Positions 38,485 to 46,474 of a stretch of DNA of 64,000 bases are shown here, piece after piece. Origin of the DNA: a bacterium (GTDB lineage: Bacteria > Sumerlaeota > Sumerlaeia > MVZB01). The stretch lies in assembly GCA_021372575.1 (NCBI GenBank), contig JAJFUE010000185.1:14018-78017 (forward strand), given 5' to 3'. Below the pieces are notes generated by a model that was not told the origin of the DNA, did not search any database, and saw only the letters and a program-made list of their open reading frames with translations. The translations under genes were made by a program, and so were the position numbers. The stretch's first letter is position 1, and every line of letters starts with the position of its first letter.

Positions 38485-39271
38485 TCAGGATAACTCCCCA
38501 GCGTTTATTGAGCTGCCCCCGTTTCGGCAGAGTGGGGATCCAGGCGATCCAACCAGTCGTGGGTTTCAACGCACGTTCAAGTTTCTTTAACAGGGAGTTT
38601 TCGACTTGTTCACGCTCGAGGAGCACGCCGATACGCCGGATCGTGCCGATATCGCCAAAACGCAGGGCGGCCTTGACGAGTTGAGGAGCCGTGACGCGCT
38701 TGGCGGCCAAATCATTCCGAATCCACTCATATGCGCGTGGCAGGCTGTTGAACCTTGACCAGTCATACACGGCATCGACCAGCGTCCGCACCCGCGAGGC
38801 ATACACGAGCGTTTGCCCGTCGGCCGTCCGAACTTTCTCGCAATCGCCCAGCCGTTCATCGGCCACTTTGATCAGGGCGAGCGAAACAGCCCCGATGGTG
38901 CGGTTGCCCGAAATGCGATTGTTGTATGCGTAAACACGATTTGGCACCTGGTCTTCGAAGCCATAACGGTTGAACGCATTGGGACCGCATATCTGGTAGC
39001 GCCCTTGCAATCCCGTCATCAGGGTACCGATGGCAAGGGCCTCGGAGGGGGACCATTTGCCTCCGAGCGGGAGCCGTTGCGGGACAAGGTAAAGTCCGCG
39101 CCAGACCCGGGCGATCAAACCGGCGCGACTGAGCCGGCTCAGTAGATTTTGTTCTTGGATTGTTGACAGCCTCAACGGATCAACCAATTCACCCAGGCGA
39201 ACCGTTTGCAGACCGCGCAACTGAGTATAGGCAAAAAACCGGGTCTCGATTTGTCCCAAGCGCCGTTTCAT
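38471..39271 (-). CDS. AbiEi-family antitoxin / transcriptional regulator
   Basis: N-terminal wHTH (LSRLSRAGLIARVWRGLYLV) and a C-terminal AbiEi-type domain. A 14-nt overlap with the toxin gene is typical of TA pairs. Confidence 0.7.
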   Translation of the reverse strand: MKRRLGQIETRFFAYTQLRGLQTVRLGELVDPLRLSTIQEQNLLSRLSRAGLIARVWRGLYLVPQRLPLGGKWSPSEALAIGTLMTGLQGRYQICGPNAFNRYGFEDQVPNRVYAYNNRISGNRTIGAVSLALIKVADERLGDCEKVRTADGQTLVYASRVRTLVDAVYDWSRFNSLPRAYEWIRNDLAAKRVTAPQLVKAALRFGDIGTIRRIGVLLEREQVENSLLKKLERALKPTTGWIAWIPTLPKRGQLNKRWGVILNDNE

Positions 39272-39338
39272 AAATGCATCATATATTCCAATATTTCTCT
39301 GTCAAGTCATATTTAGAAAATAGAATGCACAGCCTGGG

Positions 39339-39504
39339 TTGCCATAGTCTTTGCAATAGTTTAGGCGTTTCGGGGACGGAATCAATCGCATCAGGGCGTC
39401 AAAACATGCCTGATTCTATTCAACTTGGCTTCGGTGGAATCTCAAATCCGCCCTATCACTCCGGAGGTCGCGAGTTCAAGTCTCGTCGGCCCCGCCACTC
39501 AAAA
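39339..39504 (+). repeat. Island right-end arm plus 49-bp tRNA-Asp 3' copy (attR-like, copy 1)
   Basis: 39456-39504 is identical to 113-161. The preceding ~117 bp is roughly four-fifths identical by eye to 55034-55150. Confidence 0.8.
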
Positions 39505-39508
39505 GTCT

Positions 39509-39546
39509 GCCGCAAGTCTCTGAAATTATGGGACTTGCGGCTTTTC
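39509..39546 (+). terminator. Rho-independent terminator after the displaced tRNA 3' end
   Basis: GCCGCAAGTC ... GACTTGCGGC followed by TTTTCTT. Confidence 0.6.
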
Positions 39547-39695
39547 TTATATACCTGACTTGGTCTTCAACAAATCTGCAAAACCAAATTGCCCAAGCCG
39601 AATTTTTGCGTGCTTCAGTGTTACTTCCCGTGGAAAATGCATAACATTGAAACACTGCATGGGTTGGAAACATCGCTTCTGGAGAAGGACCATCC

Positions 39696-40205
39696 ATGAT
39701 AAACCCGAATGAAGACGAGACGAAGGATAGACCTTTGCCGGAGGGATCGGTGTCCAAACCCGAGTGCCAGTTTTTCGGTAGCGGATGCCGGCCGTATTGC
39801 CCGCCGGTTTTGATCAGCGCTTGCTTGCTGGGAATTCCGTGCAGATGGCACGAGAGGCGGCCGGAAAAACGCGTTCGATTGATGGAGAGCTTGAAAAAGC
39901 GATATGTGCTTGTTCCGATCTGTCCGGAACAACTGGGCGGCATGCCGACGCCTCGAACGAGCGAGACGCTTTCAGGCGGAAGCGGCGCGGAGGTTTTGGA
40001 CGACGGATTGCGGATCATCGCGCCGGAAACGGGAGTGGATGTGACCGCCCATTACATCAACGGATCGGCCTATTGTCTTGAAATCGCAAACGAGGTGGGC
40101 GCACGCAAAGCCTATCTAAAGGGTGGCAGCCCTGCTTGTGATAAAGAAGGCGTCACCGGCGAGACGCTTCGGAGAGCCGGCATCGAAGTGATTCGCGTCG
40201 CGTGA
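39696..40205 (+). CDS. DUF523 (YbbK / thiouracil-desulfurase-like) protein
   Basis: LISACLLGIPCRW...CPEQLGGMPTPR...AYLKGGSPAC matches the DUF523 Cys pattern. Confidence 0.7.
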   Translation: MINPNEDETKDRPLPEGSVSKPECQFFGSGCRPYCPPVLISACLLGIPCRWHERRPEKRVRLMESLKKRYVLVPICPEQLGGMPTPRTSETLSGGSGAEVLDDGLRIIAPETGVDVTAHYINGSAYCLEIANEVGARKAYLKGGSPACDKEGVTGETLRRAGIEVIRVA

Positions 40206-40215
40206 TGCTTATTTC

Positions 40216-40716
40216 ATGAGGAATGACATCGTGGCGATCAAAATTTTGGACGGCGATATTCTTTCATCCACTTGCCAGACGCTCGTGAATACCGTCAACT
40301 GCGTCGGGGTGATGGGGGCGGGGCTTGCATTGGGATTCAAGCGGCGCTACCCGGATATGTACCGGGAATATCGTTCGATGTGCCAAAGCGGCGGGATGAA
40401 GATCGGGACGCTTTGGATTTACCGAATGAAGGATCGATGGGTGCTGAATTTCCCCACCAAGCAGCACTGGAGAGGAAAGAGCAAGGAAGAATATCTTCAT
40501 GCCGGCTTAAAATCCTTCATGGATATTTATCTTTCCGAAGGGATCGAGTCGATCGCGTTCCCCTTGCTCGGGGCGGGGCTTGGCGGATTGAATCCGGGGC
40601 GCTCACAGGAAATCATGATGTCCTATCTGGAAAATTGCGCGATACCTGTTGAAATTTTCCGGGGATTCCCCACGATACGTGAACGAGAGATTGACGATGG
40701 AAAGACCAATCCATGA
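40216..40716 (+). CDS. Macro-domain (ADP-ribose binding/hydrolase) protein
   Basis: LVNTVNCVGVMGAGLALGFKRRYP...IAFPLLGAGLGGL are typical macro-domain glycine loops. Confidence 0.75.
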   Translation: MRNDIVAIKILDGDILSSTCQTLVNTVNCVGVMGAGLALGFKRRYPDMYREYRSMCQSGGMKIGTLWIYRMKDRWVLNFPTKQHWRGKSKEEYLHAGLKSFMDIYLSEGIESIAFPLLGAGLGGLNPGRSQEIMMSYLENCAIPVEIFRGFPTIREREIDDGKTNP

Positions 40717-40730
40717 AATGAGCAACGGAG

Positions 40731-41411
40731 ATGCCTCAAGAAGAAAAACCTCAAGAACTAAAAGTGTTCATCTCGAACCGGGATTCGACCTGCGACGAAT
40801 GCGGGGAACATCTCGGCCATGGGGCTTGGATCACGCTGGCCGGGGAGAAAGGCGCCCTGTGCCTGTCCTGCGCCGACCTGGATCATTTGGTGTTTCTTCA
40901 GCCCGGCAACGCGGCGCTGACCCGCCGTGCCCGTAAAGCTTCTGTGTTATCGGCTGTTGTCTTGAAATGGAGCCGCGCCCGCAAACATTACGAGCGGCAG
41001 GGCATTCTGGTTGAGGCCGAGGCCTTGGAAAGCGCGGAAGAGGCGTGCCTTTCGGATAGTGAGGCGAGGGCGCGCAAGCGTGAGCGCGACGCGGAGCGCC
41101 GAAACGAACTGGACAAACAATTCGTCGAACGCTTCGCGGCGCGCGTGCGCGAACTGTTCCCGGATTGCCCGGCTGATCGAGAAGCGATCATTGCCGAGCA
41201 TGCGTGCCAAAAGTATTCGGGCCGGGTGGGACGATCGGCCGCCGCCAAGGAACTGGACGAGGAGGCCGTCCGGTTGGCCGTTGCGGCACACGTCCGGCAC
41301 GTCGAGACCTCGTATGACACTTTGTTGGCAAAGGGATGGGATCGCCGGGATGCTCGCGACCAGGTGAGGTCCGAGGTGGATCGAGTATTGATCAAGTGGC
41401 AGGGGGAATGA
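40731..41411 (+). CDS. DUF2293-like protein
   Basis: N-terminal CDEC...CLSC zinc-ribbon-like motif. The C-terminal part (CQKYSGRVGRSAAAKELD...AVAAHVRHVETSYDTLLAKGWDRRDAR) matches my memory of the DUF2293 pattern. Confidence 0.55.
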   Translation: MPQEEKPQELKVFISNRDSTCDECGEHLGHGAWITLAGEKGALCLSCADLDHLVFLQPGNAALTRRARKASVLSAVVLKWSRARKHYERQGILVEAEALESAEEACLSDSEARARKRERDAERRNELDKQFVERFAARVRELFPDCPADREAIIAEHACQKYSGRVGRSAAAKELDEEAVRLAVAAHVRHVETSYDTLLAKGWDRRDARDQVRSEVDRVLIKWQGE

Positions 41412-41453
41412 ATTTATCCTGATTTCCGAGATCAACGGGACTTGATTGCTCGA

Positions 41454-41930
41454 TCAGCCCCTTGATAGCACTTTGGCCTCCGGCTGAGCTCTCCATAGGC
41501 GGTATCGCACTTCGACGTCTTCGGGCGCGTACACCACGATTGGCAAACGGCTGTTGTAGCGGATCAAATAAGGTTCGCCGCCGAGCGTGACAAACCGGTT
41601 CTCCTTGGGCGCGTTCGGATCGGTCGCCATGCGCGTGCCCGCCATTGGGCCCAGCCGGCTGACGTTATAGCGGGGAAATCCCCAGCCCGCGATGGTTTCC
41701 GTTTCGATCTTGCCGCCGAAAAAATATTTGTTTCCCTTATCGACCTCGACGGTCTTGCCGACGATCAGCTCGACGCGGAAAGCGGATTCGTCATCCTGCC
41801 GCGGAAGTTGCAGGACGTATCGCGTCATCCCTTTCCCGGCGGGTGGGAACGCCTTCATGTTATCCGCGGCCCCAATGGATAACACGACAGCCATCAATGA
41901 GAAAGCAGCGAGCATCGACACTCTTTTCAT
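41454..41930 (-). CDS. eco: Ecotin (periplasmic serine-protease inhibitor)
   Basis: Collinear with E. coli ecotin from memory: AFPPAGKGMTRYVLQLPRQDDESAFRVELIVGKT, GWGF, RYNSRLPIVVYAPEDVEVRYRLWRA. Has a signal peptide. Confidence 0.85.
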   Translation of the reverse strand: MKRVSMLAAFSLMAVVLSIGAADNMKAFPPAGKGMTRYVLQLPRQDDESAFRVELIVGKTVEVDKGNKYFFGGKIETETIAGWGFPRYNVSRLGPMAGTRMATDPNAPKENRFVTLGGEPYLIRYNSRLPIVVYAPEDVEVRYRLWRAQPEAKVLSRG

Positions 41931-41969
41931 ATTGTCTCCTGTTCATCATTGATTCCCGGAAAGTACGGC

Positions 41970-43163
41970 TTATAAAACCACCCCGGCGAGCGCGTCCAAT
42001 ATCTTGGCGACCGGCATCACCAGGAACAGCAGCGGCAGCGCGGGCAGCGCCGTCGCGACCGCCAGTTGGAGGACCGCCCGGCGGCCGAACGGCACGATCC
42101 TCATCTCGCTGATGAACCGGTAACTGTTGCCCAGATCGGCCAGCGACTGGATGTCGCCGCTGCCCAGCAGCGGCTCGCCCTCGGGCGCCTCCCCTTCAAT
42201 CCACTTGCGGTGAAATTCCCGGTTGTAACGGTCCACCAGGATGCCGTATTCCTTCAGCCCCCGGCGTCTGCTCAGCGCCATCTTTGACGAGAAAATCAGC
42301 AAGGGGCCGAGAAACAGAACCTGAGTGACCGCGAGCAGGATGACCAGCGGGATTTTGAACGTGTCGATCTTGGCGCCTTCAAAGACAATCCGAAAAGCAG
42401 CCTCGGCGCTGTAGATGGAACTGAGGGCGAAGGCAAAGATACCGAGTGAGACGTGGGCCGTTGACAGGAAGCCCAGTCCGCCAGCCCCGTCGGCGTGCGT
42501 GGGAACCAGATCGAGTTTCATTCGGTTGACATCGCGCAGGAAAAGCGTCCAGTTAAGAATCCGCCACAACCAGCGATACCACAGGAATTGAATAATGGGC
42601 ACGGCGACGAGATGATTCCATACGCCGGCCCAGGAAAGCCGGGAAACGCCACTTCCCGAAAGGCTGATCGCGTTCCAACTCGCCTTGTATCCGCCGTGCA
42701 TGGTTTCGGCCGTGAAGAACCAGGCGCCGATCACCGCCAGGCCAATCAGGATAACCGTCGCCAGGACGGACTCGCGCCGGCGCGCCACACGGGCGATGGC
42801 CTGTTCAAAAGCCGGATAATCGTCTTGATGGACGAATCCGGCGCGCAGGAAGTGCAGCCCCGCCACCGTCAGCCTGGGGCCGACGACCGCCTCCGCCACG
42901 AGAACAAGCGGGATGGCCACGAAGAAACGCGCGTAGGAGGCGAAGTCCAGCAGGAATGACTCTCGCGGGGTTGGCCCAAGCGCTTGCCCCTGCAAAATGG
43001 AGAGCACCAGCATCGGGACCCAGGTGAGCAACAGGAAGAGAACGCAGCGGCGCCCAATCGACAGACCGACAAGCCGCGCCACGCCGATGCGCTGCATAAG
43101 CCGGAACATCGGCCCTTCACGCCCGAAATACAGCAAATCTTCGTTGGGCACGATTGGATTCAT
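41970..43163 (-). CDS. Multi-pass membrane protein, unknown function
   Basis: Several hydrophobic helices. Coding is supported by length and codon bias. No family recognised. Confidence 0.6.
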   Translation of the reverse strand: MNPIVPNEDLLYFGREGPMFRLMQRIGVARLVGLSIGRRCVLFLLLTWVPMLVLSILQGQALGPTPRESFLLDFASYARFFVAIPLVLVAEAVVGPRLTVAGLHFLRAGFVHQDDYPAFEQAIARVARRRESVLATVILIGLAVIGAWFFTAETMHGGYKASWNAISLSGSGVSRLSWAGVWNHLVAVPIIQFLWYRWLWRILNWTLFLRDVNRMKLDLVPTHADGAGGLGFLSTAHVSLGIFAFALSSIYSAEAAFRIVFEGAKIDTFKIPLVILLAVTQVLFLGPLLIFSSKMALSRRRGLKEYGILVDRYNREFHRKWIEGEAPEGEPLLGSGDIQSLADLGNSYRFISEMRIVPFGRRAVLQLAVATALPALPLLFLVMPVAKILDALAGVVL

Positions 43164-43178
43164 AGGCCGCCTCTTTTT

Positions 43179-44393
43179 TTAAGTAGTCGATTCATCCCCC
43201 GCCGGCAGCTCGATTCGGAACGTCGTTCCCTTCTCAGCCGTCGATTCGAACGCGACCAGGCCGCCGAGGTAGCGCTCGCCGAACAGCTTCATGCTGTAGG
43301 TGCCGATGCCGCGGCCCTTGGCGGCCTTGGTGCTGAACGAGCGCTTGAACAGTTGCAGTTGCACCTGCTCGGGGATCATGCCGGGGTTGGAGACCAGGAA
43401 CACCGGCCGGCCGTCGCGGCGCTCGAACGCCACGCGAACCGTTTCGCCCTCCGGGATCGCCTCGAGGGCGTTCTTGGTCATGTTGGTCAGGATGCGTTGC
43501 AGGAGCCCCGGGTCGGTCTGGATTTCTTCGAGTTCATCAATCTCGGCGATCTCGACATGCCGGTCCTTGGCCGCGGTGTGCCCCTCAAAGACCGCCCCGA
43601 TCCCCTCGAGTATTTCCCGCACGTGAACCGGTTTCTTCTCGGTGGAGAGGGTGCCGTTTTCGGCTTCAAGCAGGCGGCGCTGCTCCTCGATTTCCTGCTT
43701 GAGCCGGCGCGACAACACGAGGATTCGCTGCGCCGTCTCCTTGGGGTCGAGCCCTTCGATCGTCTGCATGAGGCTGCTCCAGCCCATCAGGCCGCCGACC
43801 GTGTTGAGGATGTCGTGGAAGAAAGTGCGCTCGAGCGCCTGGCGGCGCTTGTCGCCGCTGATATCGTGGAAGGTGAGGACGGTGAACTCGTGCGAGCCGG
43901 CCCGGATGGGCGTGGCGCGCACCCGGAATTCCAGCGATTCCTCCGCGTCGCCGTGGCGAACCGTGGCGAGGCATTCATTCGTGATCGGCTCCCCCTCGGT
44001 CTGGGACGCCATGATGGAAATCACGGCGCCGCACGTGGCGCAGGTCTTGGACGTGCCGCAGCCGCCGGGCCCCGTGTGCGCATGGATACATCCCAGGATC
44101 TCGCCCGGGCGATCCCCCGCCAGACAATTTGGATCCTCAATCTTCAGGTCCTTGAGCAACTGCTGGTTCATGGCAAGGACCTGACGCTCGTGATTGAGAA
44201 TCATCAGGTATCCGTCGATCGATTCCAGGATGGCCAGAAAGAGCGGGTTTTCCCGGACGAACTGGCTCATCTCCTTCACCTCAGCCGCGCCGGCGCGTTC
44301 GGCTGGGGCGAACCAGGTGGAGACGGATTCGTTTTCGATGCTCTTGGTATCTTGATCGCTGGCCATCATCGGCGCTCCCGGTATGGAATACAA
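43179..44393 (-). CDS. Soluble sensor histidine kinase with Cys-rich N-terminal sensor
   Basis: CIHAHTGPGGCGTSKTCATCG cluster. H-box FFHDILNTVGG. HATPase motifs LTNMTKNALEA and GRGIGTYSMKLF. Confidence 0.8.
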   Translation of the reverse strand: MYSIPGAPMMASDQDTKSIENESVSTWFAPAERAGAAEVKEMSQFVRENPLFLAILESIDGYLMILNHERQVLAMNQQLLKDLKIEDPNCLAGDRPGEILGCIHAHTGPGGCGTSKTCATCGAVISIMASQTEGEPITNECLATVRHGDAEESLEFRVRATPIRAGSHEFTVLTFHDISGDKRRQALERTFFHDILNTVGGLMGWSSLMQTIEGLDPKETAQRILVLSRRLKQEIEEQRRLLEAENGTLSTEKKPVHVREILEGIGAVFEGHTAAKDRHVEIAEIDELEEIQTDPGLLQRILTNMTKNALEAIPEGETVRVAFERRDGRPVFLVSNPGMIPEQVQLQLFKRSFSTKAAKGRGIGTYSMKLFGERYLGGLVAFESTAEKGTTFRIELPAGDESTT

Positions 44394-44410
44394 TTGAACA
44401 GGAAACAGCT

Positions 44411-45541
44411 TCAGGGGCGAACGGCCACCACGTAACCGACACGGCCGTTGACGAAAGTGCGCCGGTAAAACACATCGCCAGCATAATAATAGGTGACGCC
44501 ATTGACCGTTTGAACGGCATAGCCGGCCGGCAGATCATAGACCACGGCCCCAACCGGCGGGACGACCACGGTATATGAGACGACGCCGGCAGCCGTGACC
44601 GGACTGTAATAGACTCCGCCGGAATAGTAATAAGTCGCGCCCGCGACAACGACCGGGTTGTATCCGACAGGCAGCGTTCTGACCGCTGTGCCGACGACGG
44701 GGCGAACAACCGGATGGCCGCTGACGTTGACATTCCGATCGACGTCCACGGTTCCGTTATCCACATGAACCTGTCGTGAGCCTTCGATCTCGCCATAAGG
44801 CCCCGTCACCTGGCGATTGACGCTGGCCTGTCCATCGCCCCAACTCGCGTTGCCGGAACCGGAGACCGTCTGACCACCCGGCCCTGTAGCCTGACGATTC
44901 CAGTTGGCGTGGCCATCATCGATGCTTCCGGACCCGGAAGTCCTGGCAGTCTGGCCTCCGGGGCCTATCACCTGGCGGTTGTAGCTTGCCTGACCGTCAC
45001 CCCACTGGGCGCTTGAGGAGCCCGATATGGTCTGTCCACCCGGCCCGGTGGCGCTGCGATTGATGTTTGCATGACCGTCATCGATGCTTGCGCTGCCGGA
45101 GCGGGTTGCCGTCTGGCCGCCGGGTCCGGTCACCTCGCGATTCCAATTCGCATGACCATTTTCGACGTTTGCGTTGCCGGAGCTGCTGGCAGTTTGACCG
45201 CCCACCCCAGTGACCTGGCGATTATAGTTTGCTTGCCCGCCGCCATAGCTGGCGTTGCCGGAACTGCGCGCGGTTTGGCCGCCCGCTCCCGTCGCCTGAC
45301 GGCTGTAGCTCGATGATTGACGCACGGAACCGTAAGCCTGGGATTGGCTGCGGTAACTCGCCGAGCTGCGGTTGGAGCTATAACTCTGGGAACGGCCGGC
45401 CGAGCCTGAATAACTCGAACGGCCGGCTGAGCGAGAAGCGGATCGGCCGCCGCGTTGGGCTAGCGCTTCACCGGATTGAGCCAGGATCAGGCAGCCGGCC
45501 GCGATGACGACGCCCAGGCGAATCAGTTTTTGCATCTTCAT
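44411..45541 (-). CDS. Secreted protein with six 27-aa tandem repeats and a Y/V/G-rich C-terminus
   Basis: Signal peptide, then the repeat TGxGGQTxxxSGxAxxxxGxAxxNRxx six times (about nt 44807-45292), then YYYSGGVYY / YYYAGDVFY motifs. Confidence 0.75.
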   Translation of the reverse strand: MKMQKLIRLGVVIAAGCLILAQSGEALAQRGGRSASRSAGRSSYSGSAGRSQSYSSNRSSASYRSQSQAYGSVRQSSSYSRQATGAGGQTARSSGNASYGGGQANYNRQVTGVGGQTASSSGNANVENGHANWNREVTGPGGQTATRSGSASIDDGHANINRSATGPGGQTISGSSSAQWGDGQASYNRQVIGPGGQTARTSGSGSIDDGHANWNRQATGPGGQTVSGSGNASWGDGQASVNRQVTGPYGEIEGSRQVHVDNGTVDVDRNVNVSGHPVVRPVVGTAVRTLPVGYNPVVVAGATYYYSGGVYYSPVTAAGVVSYTVVVPPVGAVVYDLPAGYAVQTVNGVTYYYAGDVFYRRTFVNGRVGYVVAVRP

Positions 45542-45572
45542 TTGGAATTCCTTTCATATCCTCGATTAAGTC

Positions 45573-46403
45573 TCAGTGAGTTTCTTCGCTGCTGGCAGGC
45601 TGGATCTCTACCCGTTCCGCCCCGGTCGGCGCCTTGAATTTGAATTCGGCCGCATCCACGGCTGACAGGGGCTCCACGCTCAGGACCCGAAGGACATATT
45701 GGGGCCTTCCGGCGAGGGTCTTGTAATCGATCGCAATTTTTCGCAAGACGGGCGCGTCACCCGCATCAACCCAGATCTGCCAATCAAAGTCGCCCCCGGT
45801 GAATGCCAGGTGATGGCAGGCAGTCCCATCGATCTCGCTCATGCCGACGTATTCGGACGAGGTCATTTGTTCGAGGAAGCTCTTGCCGGGATCCTCATAG
45901 AAAAAATCGGCCGCCGGTACCGCCGTATGGTAGCGGACCATCAGCGTGTCAAGCGCCTGATCGATCGTTCCCGGATCCGGGATCTGGGCGTAGATATTTT
46001 CATCGCGGTCCCAAATGGTGACGGTCTTGCCGTCCTTGTAGATGGTGCGGTCGGCCACGTCGCCTGTGCTCTCAATCTTCAGAAGCCCCGGTCGGCTGAC
46101 GACGCCCTGGCGCACATGCGTCATCTGGATCCTGCGGCCATCGGGCCGGACATCATCAAACTCGTCAGCAAACTTGAACCGGAAAGCATGCAGCGCTTTG
46201 CCACGGCTCGCCAGCTCACGAATGATCTGTTCGGCCTTCGGATCACGACCTTGTATTGCCGTGGTCGCGGCATCCGAACTTCCCATGCTTTGGTTACCGG
46301 CCGCTGTGAGCGCGGGTTTGGCCGGCTGCACGGTCGAACACCCCGCCATGGTCATGAAGAGAACCGTCAGCACGGTCCAAAAGTTGAGTCGTCTTGCCAT
46401 CAT
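45573..46403 (-). CDS. Lipoprotein, DUF2092/LolA-like
   Basis: Lipobox MAGC. The C-terminal pattern DFDWQIWVDAGDAPVLRKIAIDY...FKFKAPTGAERVE resembles DUF2092. Confidence 0.55.
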   Translation of the reverse strand: MMARRLNFWTVLTVLFMTMAGCSTVQPAKPALTAAGNQSMGSSDAATTAIQGRDPKAEQIIRELASRGKALHAFRFKFADEFDDVRPDGRRIQMTHVRQGVVSRPGLLKIESTGDVADRTIYKDGKTVTIWDRDENIYAQIPDPGTIDQALDTLMVRYHTAVPAADFFYEDPGKSFLEQMTSSEYVGMSEIDGTACHHLAFTGGDFDWQIWVDAGDAPVLRKIAIDYKTLAGRPQYVLRVLSVEPLSAVDAAEFKFKAPTGAERVEIQPASSEETH

Positions 46404-46474
46404 CTCTCCTCCGGTTACATAAGATTTCTTTTTCCAGTTTTTGATCTGTTCATCTCAGCGAGCGCTTGCGATCG

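Larger units (their letters stand above)
155..39504. mobile_element. Putative integrative genomic island A at tRNA-Asp (mosaic, probably immobilised)
   Basis: Bounded by a perfect 49-bp direct repeat of the tRNA 3' part (113-161 and 39456-39504). An integrase-like remnant sits at the left end and an AbiE toxin-antitoxin pair at the right end. There are strong internal GC shifts. Confidence 0.55.

Noticed and set aside
39476-40018. A 180-aa minus-strand ORF running from the DUF523 gene into the tRNA fragment. It could have been an integrase remnant for island B.
   Set aside because: It has no recombinase motifs, overlaps the well-supported DUF523 gene in antisense, and has a Pro/Ser/Gly-rich composition.
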